Of a DNA stretch of 64,000 nucleotides, positions 52,360-64,000 are shown piece by piece; position 1 is the stretch's first letter; every line of letters begins with the position of its first letter. The notes under the pieces were generated by a model. The model ran no database searches. It was given only the letters and a program-made list of their open reading frames with translations, and was not told the origin of the DNA. The stretch lies in assembly GCA_951406725.2 (NCBI GenBank), contig OX597816.1, positions 39,556,001 to 39,620,000 on the forward strand, given 5' to 3'. This stretch comes from Octopus vulgaris. Taxonomy: Eukaryota. The position numbers and the translations under genes are program-made.

Positions 52360-52458
<99 letters not shown>

Positions 52459-52511
52459 ATATATATATATGTATATATGTATATATATATATGTATATAT
52501 GTATATATGTA

Positions 52512-52555
<44 letters not shown>

Positions 52556-52946
52556 TATATATATATATTATCTATCTATCAATACGTGTATGTGTATGTG
52601 TATGTATTATATGATTAAATTATATATTGAGCACTTTATTGTTTCGTTATGCACATGGTCCTCGGTTTCTTGCATGAAACCGGTCTGTAGTTCAAAAATG
52701 GTTGGATACCGTTGATGTAAACCATATTGTTAAGAGAAATATGTATATTAGCCAGTTAATTGTGAAACAGTTGTTTTCTCTTAGTGTGAGAATGAAAACC
52801 GGACCAATATTTAAATTTATTAAGTTCATTAACTGAAGTTAGACATTTAGTATTCTACTACAAATAGTTGAAATAGCTAACTACTTCCATGTTAATCCAG
52901 TAGATTTCTATTGTAAATCGTTTGCATTTATGAATTTCTTATTCAA

Positions 52947-53239
52947 CCTCTTAACATATTATCTCGTATATTTTCGTTCAGAGATGTCTAGTAAATATAT
53001 ATTTGGACGAAAATATACGTTCACTGTATTCTGAGGTATCTATCACTTATTTCTAACCCGAAATACTTTCTTCATGATGTTATTCCTGCTTTCTATCATT
53101 AACTATCATTTCCATCAGTAACTGCACAATAATTCATAACAGATTTAAAATGATTTGTGTACTTATATACAGATTCAAAATAGATAATAATAAAATAATT
53201 TTTGCATGGAAATTAAAATAATGTGTGGACGTTAAGAGG
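52947..53239. mobile_element. piggyBac-like MITE
   Basis: TCAA|CCTCTTAAC ... GTTAAGAGG|TTAA. Confidence 0.5.
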
Positions 53240-53679
53240 TTAATTTCGACGAGGTTTATTTATAAGTATATTAGTGAGTACTTTTTATGTATGAATTTGT
53301 CTGTGACACATGATTTCAGATAAATATAGAAGGGAAAAAAATGTGATTGTGTAAACGTTCAGGCATTTCAAAAGAGCATGTATTTATTTTGAATTGTTAC
53401 AAAGGTTTGGTATTTTAGGAAGTGCATTTGCAGTAATGAATTTGTTAAACAACATAATGCCCGTCGTGTTCTTTCTTTCAATAGTATTTCATAACTATAA
53501 GAGATGACAGACGAAAACTTTGACCTTGGGGTATTACAAACTGGAAGTGTAAATAGAGCTAAAGAGTGTAAAAACCGTTGATCCATGTGTACACACACAC
53601 ACACACAAAACATGTGTGTACTATTACATTACATACATATATTACATAGTGTGTACTATTACAAAAGAAGCGTTCCAGG

Positions 53680-53998
53680 GATTCTTATGAAGGACAGCCA
53701 AACGGCCCGACACGCATTATCCCCTGGGTAGACTTCACACTTCTTTTGTAGGTTTGGTTGAGGAAATTGAAGCAGGATCTGTTTAAAAGGAAAGACATGT
53801 GCAAAACGGATGCCGGAGCTGGTGAGGCCGAAATCATAGACGTTGTATTCGAGCAGCAGGCTGACATCTGAAAGAGCGGGTTCGATTATGTGGAGCCGTT
53901 GGATGATGTCATCACAGCTGCAGTGTCTGGAAAAGGTTAGTTGTATAAGGCCTTAGGATCTGAAAGAAGAGCCGGAAAATCTTGTATAGAAGAGAGGA

Positions 53999-54049
<51 letters not shown>

Positions 54050-54510
54050 TGACGTGTTGGATAATGTAATACAAAATGAAGAAACAATTCGGGGATGGGA
54101 GTCTCAATAAATAGCAGCCGCCAAATTTCTCTGGACATCCAACTTAGCACGAAACATTTTATTCGCATGCTTATCATTATGTTCGAGAGCCACGTATAAT
54201 GGTTTATCAGTAGTTCAAATTCTTTTACTTCCTCCGTCTGTGCAAACACTAAACTTATCTGTCAATGTCTTAGCCAGGTATTACAAGTTATCATTCTAAG
54301 CCGCAGCTGCCGTGTAAAATTGACGGGTGGCTCGTTGATACGATTGTTGTGCTGAGTTTGATCACCGCTCCACTCCACAGAGGAAGTTACTGGAAAATGA
54401 CTGGCGTCATATCCACGAGTAGATTTTGATATTCTCTCGGTTGTTGAACTGTAGAAAAATCACCGATTCAGAGGGCTTTTAGACTTCATGAATCCATAAC
54501 TGTTCCCATC
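53680..54510 (-). pseudogene. Possible very old LINE ORF2 remnant
   Basis: Minus strand has DKHA and F.F....V.S....VGPFGCP, resembling the GPDG region before the RT domain. Many frameshifts. Confidence 0.25.
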
Positions 54511-54579
54511 ACCATAGATATTGGTCACGATGACGATGACAATGACTTGATAACGATGATGCAGAAGATGATGATCCTT

Positions 54580-56163
54580 CTCTTCCTCCCCATGAAATTT
54601 CAGGCCTTGTGCCTATAGTAGAAAGTATCATTATCATCCAGGGCGGTGGATTGACAGAATAGTTAGATCATCGGGAAAACAAAAAAAAAAAAAAAAAACG
54701 CTTTGTGGTGTTTGCTCCGATTTTTTACGTTCTGACTTTGAATTTCGCTGTGATCAAGCATGCCTTTCATCTTTTCGGAGTCGATAAAATAGAGTACCTG
54801 TCAAGTGGTTGGGTCGAATGTATCGCCTAGCCTCTTGCCCTACGATCCCTGGTCTTGTACCAAAATTTGAAGCCAAAGGCGACAAACTAGCTGAGTCGTT
54901 AGCGCGCCATACAAAAGGCTTAGCCAGCAATTCTTCTCGTTCTTTACGTTCTGAGTTCAAATACCACCGAGGTCAACTTTGTCTTTCATCTTTTCGGGGT
55001 CGATAAAATAATTACCAGTTAAGCATCGAGATCAAAGTAATCGGTTGGATTCTTCCTCAAAAATTTCAGACCTTTGTCGATAGTAGAAAGGATTATTATT
55101 GTTATTATTAAGGCGGCGAGCTTGCAATATCCTTACTGCACTGGAGAAAGTGCTTAGCGGCATTTCTTCCGACTTTACGTTCTGCGTTCATATGCCGCCG
55201 GTGTCAACTTTACCTCTCATCCTTTCGGGGTCGATAAAATAAGTACCAGTTGAGCACTTGGGTCGATGTAATCAACTTGCTTCTTCCACTACAATTGCTG
55301 GCCTTGTGACAAAATTTGAAACCATCATCATTATTATTATCATCATCCAGTGCCGTAGATTAGCGGAATCTTTAGCGTGTCGAGTATTCAGACGAACGTA
55401 GCTCCCAATGACTGATACGTAAGCAAGGACGGAGCTTCGTCAAGTTCGGGACCCATCCAAAGTTGTGTATATATATAGTATACTTATATACACAATATAC
55501 ACATATTAGACATCCAATGGTGGATCTACTTTCATAATGTAACATTTCCTCGATCGAGATTCTGAGTACTATCTAAGTCATTGATTTCAAATTTTGGCAC
55601 AAGACCAGCAATTTCAGGGGAGGTAGCGAGTCGATTACATCGACCCCTGTGCTAAACTGGTATTTATTTCGTCGAGAACAAAAGGACGAAAGGTAAGTCA
55701 ACCTCGGCAGAATTTGAACTCAGAAAGTAATGACGGACGAAATACCTATTTCTTTACTACCCACAAGGGTCTAAACACAGAGAAGACAAACAAAGATAGA
55801 CAAACGGATTAAGTCGATTATATCGACCCCAGTGCGTAACTGGTACTTATTTAATCGACCCCGAAAGGATGAAAGGCAAAGTCGACCTCGGCGGAATTTG
55901 AATTCAGAACGTAGCCGCAGACGAAATACCTATTTCTTTACTACCCACAAGGGGTTAAACATAGAGGGGACAAACAAGGACAGACATTGGTATTAAGTCG
56001 ATTACATCGACCCCAGTGCGTAACTGGTACTTAATTTATCGACCCCGAAAGGATGAAAGGTAAAGTCGACCTCGGCGGAATTTGAACTCACAACGTAGCC
56101 GCAGACGAAATACCGCTAAGTAATTTGTCCAGAATGCTAACAATTCTGAAAGCTCGCTGCCTT
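54580..56163. mobile_element. Dense family B SINE cluster with a tandem array (55580-56163, minus)
   Basis: At least 7 B bodies. Period about 183 bp via the AAATACCTATTTCTTT junction. Confidence 0.85.
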
Positions 56164-56962
56164 ACTCCCCTGTGACATATTCATAAGAACAAAACACACA
56201 AAAGATTTTCATTTACCATTTCTAGTTAATTGTAAGATATTTAGAAGGAAACTTGTGGCTTTTTTTTCCAAGAAAATTTATAACGTTAATGGAGTTAAAT
56301 TAAACAATCAGAGCAGGAATAGAAATTGGGAGAATTTTCAACTGGTTTAGTACGAGTTTAGTCACTGCTATAGTTACCACCACCACCACCACCGTCACAA
56401 CAACAATTACTACTACTACTACTACTACTACTACTAAAAGTAGTAGTAGTAGTAGTAGTAGTAGTCTAGTAATAGTAGTATTAGTAACCAACGACGGTAG
56501 TTCGACTTGTTACAGATAACCGCCAAAAGTGATAGAATAGTAGGGGTTATGAAAAGGGTCAGCATTCTTCTTCCTATCAACTGACGGGGCGAGGTAATAG
56601 CACCTAATCCTCTTCCTTTCCAAACTCCATATCACTGTAACCAAATCTCCCTTAAATCACACCGTATCTCCTTAATGAAAAAAAGCAAAAAAAAAAGCAA
56701 GTTACACACTTTATTCGATAATGTCTTATACACCCCAGAAAACACCCATAAATATAATCTTTTCCTTAACATTTCCAAAAAATGCTATGGTATCCATCAT
56801 CTGCTTATCTCTGGGAACAAACAAACCTTGCTACTTAGAAATGAAAACGGTTACTGTTTTAAAGAGAGGAACTCTCTCATTAACCACGTTGAATTTCTTA
56901 AATTTTTATGTTTTACACGAGGGGTGAAGGTAACATTTTGCCCGATATACGTACGTACATAC

Positions 56963-57082
<120 letters not shown>

Positions 57083-57114
57083 TATATAATACATATATTT
57101 TGAGATATATGTTA

Positions 57115-57533
57115 CTTATTTCTTTATTGCCCACAAGGGGCTAAACATAGACGAGACAAACAAGGACAGACAAAGGGATGAAGTCGATTACAACAACCCC
57201 AGTGTGTAACTGGTACTTAATTTATCGACCCCGAAAGGATGAAAGGCAAAGTCGACCTCGGCGGAATTTGAACTCAGAACGTAACGGCAGACGAAATACC
57301 TATTTCTTTACTACCCACAAGGGGCTAAACACAGAGAGGACAAACAAGGACAGACAAAGAGATTAAGTTGATTACATCGACCCCAGTGTGTAACTGGTAC
57401 TTAATTTATCGACCCCGAAAGGATGAAAGGCAAAGTCGACCTCGGCGGAATTTGAACTCAGAACGTAACGGCTGACGAAATATCGCTAGGCATTTTGCCC
57501 GGCGTGCTAACGTTTCTGCCAGCTCGCCGCCTT
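57115..57533 (-). mobile_element. Family B SINE tandem dimer (one head, two bodies)
   Basis: Bodies about 183 bp apart. Head only at 57480-57533. Confidence 0.88.
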
Positions 57534-57945
57534 AAAATAAATACCAGTTCAGCACTGGAGCTGATGTCAGCGACTATAGCACTCCCACTGAATTTCAGGC
57601 CTTGTGCCAATAGCAGAAATAATATTTAAAGCAAATTCACATTTAGAACCCGGAGTGATTTTTTGAGGCTTTTGTGGGGGAAGGGGAGTGCATTTTATAT
57701 GCACTCCCCTTTAATTAACAAGGGCTTCTGGTAGAAATTTGGTAAGGTGAAACAAGGCTACTTTCGGACAGGACCCACTGTAGACACCTACATCTTGGGC
57801 AGTCGCCCAGGCTGTTAGGTGTTTGGAATTCGGTAGGGTACCACGTCAGGCGCTCGAGATATTCCCAGAAATAAACTAGAATAAAATAAAAAAATAAATA
57901 AAATAAACCGTTTTATATACATTTAATAAACTATAATAAACACTT

Positions 57946-58244
57946 TGGAGGCGCAATGACCCAGTAGTTAGGGCAGCGGACTCGCAGACGGAAGATCGCG
58001 GTTTCGATTCCCAGACCGGGCGTTGTGTGTGTCTTTGAGCGAAAACACCTAAAAGCTCCACGATGCTCCGGCAGGGGGTGGTGGTGACCCCCATTGTACT
58101 CTTTCGCCCCAACTTTCTCTCACTCTTTCTTCCAGTTTCTTGAGTAACGCTGCGATGGACTGGCGTCCCGTCCAGCTGGGGGGAACACATACGCCATAGA
58201 AACCGGGAAACCGGGCCCATGAGCCTAGTTAGGCTTGAAAAGGG
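57946..58244 (+). mobile_element. SINE family C, tail ii
   Basis: tRNA head, C body and tail ii. Confidence 0.88.
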
Positions 58245-59022
58245 AGAAAAATAATATAAAAATAAACATTTTGTATCTCTATTTGTAGCTTTTATTCTTT
58301 GTCATTTTAAAAAAAATTATTTAGTTGTACATGTAAGGGTACCAAAATCCTACTTGCCAGGACAGCAAACCACAAGACTAGCTCTGCTTTCGGGCTTCAG
58401 ATGGGGAGAGAGTATTGTCAAAATTCTAGAGAACAGAAAGGGTTTCTGTTTTTTGGGGAGTGAAGGCTCTTTAGATAATCATAGAGCACTCTCTCTGCCT
58501 CTTCGCGTCTCGGGCTGATGTACCGACTGAGCCAATGCCCATTCGAAAGCCTTGCCAGTCAGGGACTGATGTCGATCGTAATTGACTATATCCTACCTCG
58601 TGCTCCCTAAAATTTTGAAGAACTGTACATATGATAGAAAGAAACAGATATTAATGACCATCACTACGAACGGTAGCATCATTAATTGGGATGAAGAGGG
58701 CTGTGCGCCCCAGGCGACACTTCTATGGGGACAGCACTTTTAGATTTGCTGTATAAGCCTGTATAGGAACTGCACGTTTGTGTCTGCTGTATAAGCCCGT
58801 ATAGAGACGGGGTTGGGTGCCCCGGGTGGGATGCTCTATAGCAGGGGTGGGGAAACATTTTAGTGCTCGGGTCCTAAGAAAAGGGTCTGCGGGCGGATCA
58901 CAGGTTCTAAATCTTATATCTGTGTAAATCTTGTATATATCTATGAATAATTTGATATACATAAATAAAGATAAGTTTAAGACATTAAATTAACGCGTAA
59001 CATTAACGCCGCCAGTGAATTT

Positions 59023-59803
59023 AAATGCTTAGCGGTATTTCGTCTGCCGCTACGTTCTGAGTTCAAATTCCGCCGAGGTCGACTTTGCCTTTTATCCTTT
59101 CGGGGTCGATTAAATAAGTACCAGTTGCGCACTGGGGTCGATATAATCGACTTAATCCGTTTGTCTGTCCGTGTTTGTTCTCTCTGTGTTTAGCCCCTTG
59201 TGGGTAGTAAAGAAAAAAGGTATTTATTTTATCGACACCGAAAGGATGAAAGGCAAAGTCGACCTCAGATGAATTTGAACTCAGAACGTAAAGAGTTGGA
59301 AGAAATGCTGCTTGGGATTTTGTCTGACGTGCTAATGATTCTGCCAGTTCGCTGCCTTTATAATAATTCTCTCTAATTTTGGCACAAGGCCGGTAAGTTT
59401 GAGAGAAGAGGGCAGTCGATTAAAATGACTTTAGTGCTCAGCTGTTGCTTTCGTCGACTCCAAAAAGATGAAAGGCAAAGCTGACCTCAGTGGAATGTGA
59501 ACTCAGAACGTAGGGAACTGAAAAAAAAAATGCCGTCAAGCAATTCGCCCGATGCGCTAATGATTCTGCCAGCTCGTCGAATTAGATGCTTTAAATATTG
59601 GTTTCAAATTTTGGCACAAGGCCAGAAATTTCGAGGGAGGAGTTAATTTGTTTACATCGACCCAGTGTTCAACTGATACCTAATTTGTTGACCCCCAAGA
59701 GGATGAAAGGCAAAGTCGACGCCGGTGGAATTTGAACTCCGAATGTAACGACGGACACATTGCAGCTAAGTGTTTGCTCGGTGTGCTAACGATTCTGCCT
59801 GCT
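59023..59803. mobile_element. Family B SINE cluster (one plus, three minus)
   Basis: Repeated B cores. Confidence 0.85.
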
Positions 59804-59863
59804 TTAATGCACTAAAATAACTACATGCTTTAATGCACTAAAATAACTAAACAAAGCAAAACT

Positions 59864-59992
59864 TTCTAGGACCATTATTATTTATCGTCACCCTATCATG
59901 TATAAGTTCACAGGTGCACATAACTTAACGAGCTACGCCGATGACTCAAGAACATCGACGGCTATTTTAAACGCCTGAAGATGTCACACTCC
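59864..59992 (+). pseudogene. CR1/L2-group RT fragment
   Basis: LGPLLFIV...SYADDS. Closely matches about 63040-63167. Confidence 0.75.
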
Positions 59993-60134
59993 AAATTGTC
60001 GTTCGAATATTTGCTACAACCAGCGAGATCTGCACCCACTGAAATCAAGATGCATCTAATATGCTCGTGTGTCTTTTTTTGCCTATCAAATACGGTAATT
60101 ATTCAGCACTGAAAGGTTGAAAGGAAATCAGATT

Positions 60135-60370
60135 CTCTTTTACTCTTTTACTTGTTTCAGTCACTTTGACTGTGGCAACGCTGGAGCACCGCCTTTAGTC
60201 GGAGCAAATCGACCCCAGGACTTATTCTTTGTAAGCCCAGTACTTATTCTATCGGTCTCTTTTGCCGAACCGCTAAGTTAGGGGATGTAAACACACCAGC
60301 ATCGGTTGTCAAGCGATGTTGGGGGGACAAACATAGACAAATAAACACACACACACACACATACATACAT

Positions 60371-60426
<56 letters not shown>

Positions 60427-60602
60427 GTATATATACACACATATATACGACGGGCTTCTTTCAGTTTCTGTCTACCAAATCCTCTCACAAGGTTTTGGTC
60501 GGCCCGAGGCTATAGTAGAAAACACTCACCCAAGGTGCCACGCAGTGGGCCTGAACTCGGGACCATGTGGTTCGTTAGCAAGCTACTTACCACACAGCCA
60601 CT
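60135..60602 (-). mobile_element. SINE family A
   Basis: Matches the family A consensus. Confidence 0.9.
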
Positions 60603-60691
60603 AAAAAAAATGTATATAGTTAATTAGTGCAATATATTTTACTCATCGTGCAACCGACTCTGCGAACCCACTACTGTAATACTTAACATCC

Positions 60692-61082
60692 GTTTCAGAT
60701 TTTGGCACAGCGCCAGCAATTTCAAGGGAGACGGTAAGTTGAATACGTTGACCCCCCCCCAGTGCTCAGGTAGTACCTATTTTGTCAATCCTGAAAAGAT
60801 GAAAGACAAAATATCCCGCGGTGGAATTTCAACTCAGAATGTAATACCTATTTCTTTATTACCCACAAGGGGCTAAACACAGAGGGGACAAACAAGGACA
60901 GACAAACGGATTAAGTCGATTACATCGATCCCAGGGCGTAACTGGTACTTACTTTGCCTTTCATCCGAAAGGATGAAAGGCAAAGTCGACCTCGGCGGAA
61001 TTTGAACCTAGAACGTAACGGCAGACGAAATACCGCTAAGTATTTTGCCCAGAATGCTAACGTTTCTGTCAGCTCGCCGCCC
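60692..61082 (-). mobile_element. Family B SINE tandem
   Basis: Two bodies joined at AATACCTATTTCTTT. Confidence 0.8.
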
Positions 61083-61629
61083 TATTACTTATAATATCGC
61101 CAATTTATTTTTTTTCTAACAATAAGTCTATTGAGGTCTGATAAGTTTAGAATGGCAGTAATTATTTTTGAACTTTACTTAAAAATATTTGGTCAACAGT
61201 AACCAACGCCTTTAAATGGAACAGACGCCCCATGTAGACGGTTATATGCTGGTGCCTTTGTATTATATTGATGATGGACCGAAGGCATTTGGGTTTGTTT
61301 CTTAAGATAAACACTGAACTATTTTAGCTATTAACATAATTCCGCTCTTATATATTTTAATGGTCTTTATCGTAGTTATTCTCTGTCTTTCACTCTCTTT
61401 CTGTCTGTCTTGTCCTATCATTCTTTGAATGTATGCGTGTATGTGTGTGTGTATGTATGAATGCTTGGATGGGTACATGCACGTAGACATGTTTGTATAA
61501 TTTTATGTACGAATGTGTATCAGTATGTATGTATGTATGTATGTATGTATGTATGTATGTATGTATGTATGTATGTATGTATGTATGTATGCAACTATGT
61601 TGTATATGCATATGTATGTACATATGTAC

Positions 61630-61671
<42 letters not shown>

Positions 61672-61674
<3 letters not shown>

Positions 61675-62009
61675 CGGAGATGTACTCGCATAGCAAGTAA
61701 TTTGATCTGAGATCGTGTGCTGAAACGAAAACAATTGCAGCGTGGGAGGTGTTTATAAGCCATTTAAGAAACACACAAAAGCCGTTCGATTCACTCCAAC
61801 ATTTAAGTTTAATTTGTCAAAATATTTTCGTCGCTAAAATCCGCGACCTGTTCACTGACAAAGTCCGTGATGCAGCACGGACTTTGTCAGTGAACAGGTC
61901 GCGGATTTTAGCGACGAAAATATTTTGACAAATTAAACTTAAATGTTGGAGTGAATCGAACGGCTTTTGTGTGTTTCTTAAATGGCTTATAAACACCTCC
62001 CACGCTGCA

Positions 62010-62014
<5 letters not shown>
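61672..62014. mobile_element. Fold-back element: 59-bp tail plus 139-bp perfect inverted repeat between (TA)n tracts
   Basis: Arms 61731-61869 and 61876-62014, spacer ATGCAG. Confidence 0.85.
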
Positions 62015-62046
<32 letters not shown>

Positions 62047-62049
<3 letters not shown>

Positions 62050-62156
62050 CTGCTCGCTTAGCCAGCGGGGTGGCGTCATTCGAAGGCTAAAACAATGCGA
62101 ACGCATTGTGACCAGTGATGTGTAACAACATCTGATGGTCTGGTCGGTCACGTGAT

Positions 62157-62163
<7 letters not shown>
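62047..62163 (+). mobile_element. Isolated SINE tail type iii within (TA)n
   Basis: Matches the reverse complement of 51826-51940. Confidence 0.75.
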
Positions 62164-62195
<32 letters not shown>

Positions 62196-62219
62196 AAAAT
62201 GTATGCACAAATATGTTTG

Positions 62220-62356
<137 letters not shown>

Positions 62357-62669
62357 TTTGCATCTAGATATTTTATGCCTGTATGTTCACGCGTGTCTGT
62401 ATTTGTGTGTATATATATATATGACTGTATACGTACATATCTATATGTATGTACGTACGTACGTTGTATCTATTGTACCTATTGCTTTTCGTTTATTTTT
62501 ACATTTCATGTTTTTTTCTTCAACAGTCAACAAAAAAAAAGCAACATATTACGAACACCCTCATCCACCAACCCAACTCCCCACATACAATTAGTCGCAT
62601 AGTTGTCTAGCAGCAGTCAAGCGAACAATCAAAACAAACCAAGACAAACTAATGAGAGTACGTCTAGGC

Positions 62670-62812
62670 CAGCGTTTTTCAAACTTTTTTTTGTCGCGAC
62701 CCACTGAAGGGTCGAGACCCAGTTTGAAAAACGTTGGTTTATATTTGCACTTTGCACCCACTTGCGTTTTTTTTTTTCTGAAAGGTCGGGACCCACAGTT
62801 TGAAAAACGCTA
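62670..62812. mobile_element. hAT-Charlie-like MITE
   Basis: TIR CAGCGTTTTTCAAAC / GTTTGAAAAACGCTA. 8-bp TSD GTCTAGGC / GTTTAGGC. Extra internal right TIR near 62721-62736. Confidence 0.8.
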
Positions 62813-62879
62813 GTTTAGGCGGTTGTCCTGCCTGCTAGAAATAGTAGCAAAATCTCTTAGATCTAGGACAGATTGGGAA

Positions 62880-63625
62880 ATTTAAGCTCCTTATAAGACT
62901 GACCATGGAATGATCTGCCAGAAGTTAAGGGATCTTGGTATTACAGGAAAACTCGGAGAATGGCTCTTTGACTTCTCATTGCAAACGGTTTTCTCTCTGC
63001 AAAGTCACCTGTAATAAGTGGTATACCTCAAGGCAAAATTCTGGGACCATTATTATTTATCATCACCCTATCAGGTATAAGCTCACAAGTGCACTCGACC
63101 AACCTGACGAACTACGCCTATTACTCAAGAGCATCGATGGCTGTCCAAACTCTTGAAGATGTCACATTTTTATAATGAGCTAAACCTCATTTATCTATGG
63201 GTAGATAAAAACAACATGAAATTGAAAATATCAAAATTTCAGGTTCTGCATTACGGAAGGAAAACGCACAAATCATTATTTGACACAAGACAACACAATG
63301 GTTCAGAGCGCTAATGACATACAGAACTTGGAGTAATCCTGTCAAATGAGGTATCTTTCATCAGTCACATCACCAAACTGACCTCTGAATGCAGACATCT
63401 CATGAAATGGATCTTACGAACCTTCGTGAAAAAACAACCGGTAGTTTTGCCGACTCTGTGCAAAACTTTACTTCTGAGCAGATTAAATTACTGCTCACAG
63501 CTTTGGCCTCCAAACTCATTTGGTTTCATGGAATAGATTGTAAAATAACTGTAAAATAACTTCGGTTATAAGTCTTAATTACTGGGAATGTCTGAAAGCT
63601 CAACGTCTCAACTCTTTTTGAATGC

Positions 63626-63675
<50 letters not shown>

Positions 63676-63990
63676 CACTGTCATGTTCCGAATTTCGGCA
63701 TTAGAGAGAATTTCAATGCACCAACAGGTAGATATTGTTAGCTTCCAAATACACCACCTTTCAGAATCACGAGCAAAAATACGCTATTGTACCAATCTGA
63801 TATTTAGAGGCCCTCAGTTGTTCAACTTCCTTCCTAAAGAAATCAGAAATATATATAAGACTTCTACTGAAGCATTAAAAAAGCAACAGCAAAAAAAACA
63901 AACAAAAACATTGGATAAACCCCTAATGGACGAAACCGGACAAGCCAACTATTTAAAGATACACGCACAGACCAACTTCCAACCATAAAG
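62880..63990 (+). pseudogene. Decayed CR1/L2-group LINE reverse transcriptase
   Basis: DHGMICQKLRDLGITGKLGEWLFDFL, SGIPQG.ILGPLLF, WVDKNNMKL, WILRTF, RLNYCSQLW, RGPQLFN.LPKEIRN, with frameshifts. Confidence 0.88.
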
Positions 63991-64000
63991 CGATAACAAA

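Noticed and set aside
53660-53926. Minus-strand terminal exon after CTAACCTTTTCCAG with about 88 open codons
   Set aside because: No recognisable protein, and another frame resembles a decayed LINE. Not fully excluded without RNA data.
55385-55450. Minus-strand HHR (TTGACGA, stem AGCTCC/GGAGCT)
   Set aside because: GAAA is missing and there is no stem I.
58513-58575. CTGATGT...GAAA as an HHR
   Set aside because: The core is mismatched and the helices are not convincing.
58671-59017. GC-rich hAT-like MITE
   Set aside because: Termini are too degenerate and no TSD was found.
59799-59850. Short tandem duplication of about 26 bp (similar short ones at 28822-28866 and 13929-13970)
   Set aside because: Ordinary slippage duplications with no further structure.

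Overview
AT-rich, microsatellite-saturated eukaryotic DNA with no confidently callable host gene. Nearly all ORFs in the track are microsatellite or SINE translations. The tRNA-derived SINE families and (TA)n/(CA)n/(TATC)n density suggest a coleoid cephalopod such as Octopus (inference). The window is a mosaic of four SINE families, decayed LINEs (RTE, R4/Dong-like, CR1/L2-group), Tc1/mariner, hAT-, Merlin- and piggyBac-like MITEs, Helitrons, a Gypsy-like remnant and Penelope-type GIY-YIG remnants. The main signal is non-coding. There are about 8 near-intact and about 10 decayed or half type I hammerhead ribozyme (HHR) motifs, carried by several short elements with little mutual sequence similarity. 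These elements mostly sit in or beside (TA)n and form fold-back (inverted) insertions. In three cases they are terminally redundant monomers of about 355, 360 and 453 nt with one ribozyme each, and in two of these a second copy shows circular permutation. This is the pattern expected of retrozyme/Penelope-dependent circular RNAs. Three families carry the compensatory U3-A8 core (UUGANAA), and three share a covarying, unannotated two-stem RNA module ending in GG(G/A)GCUAA. All structures were read by eye and none has been folded, searched or tested.
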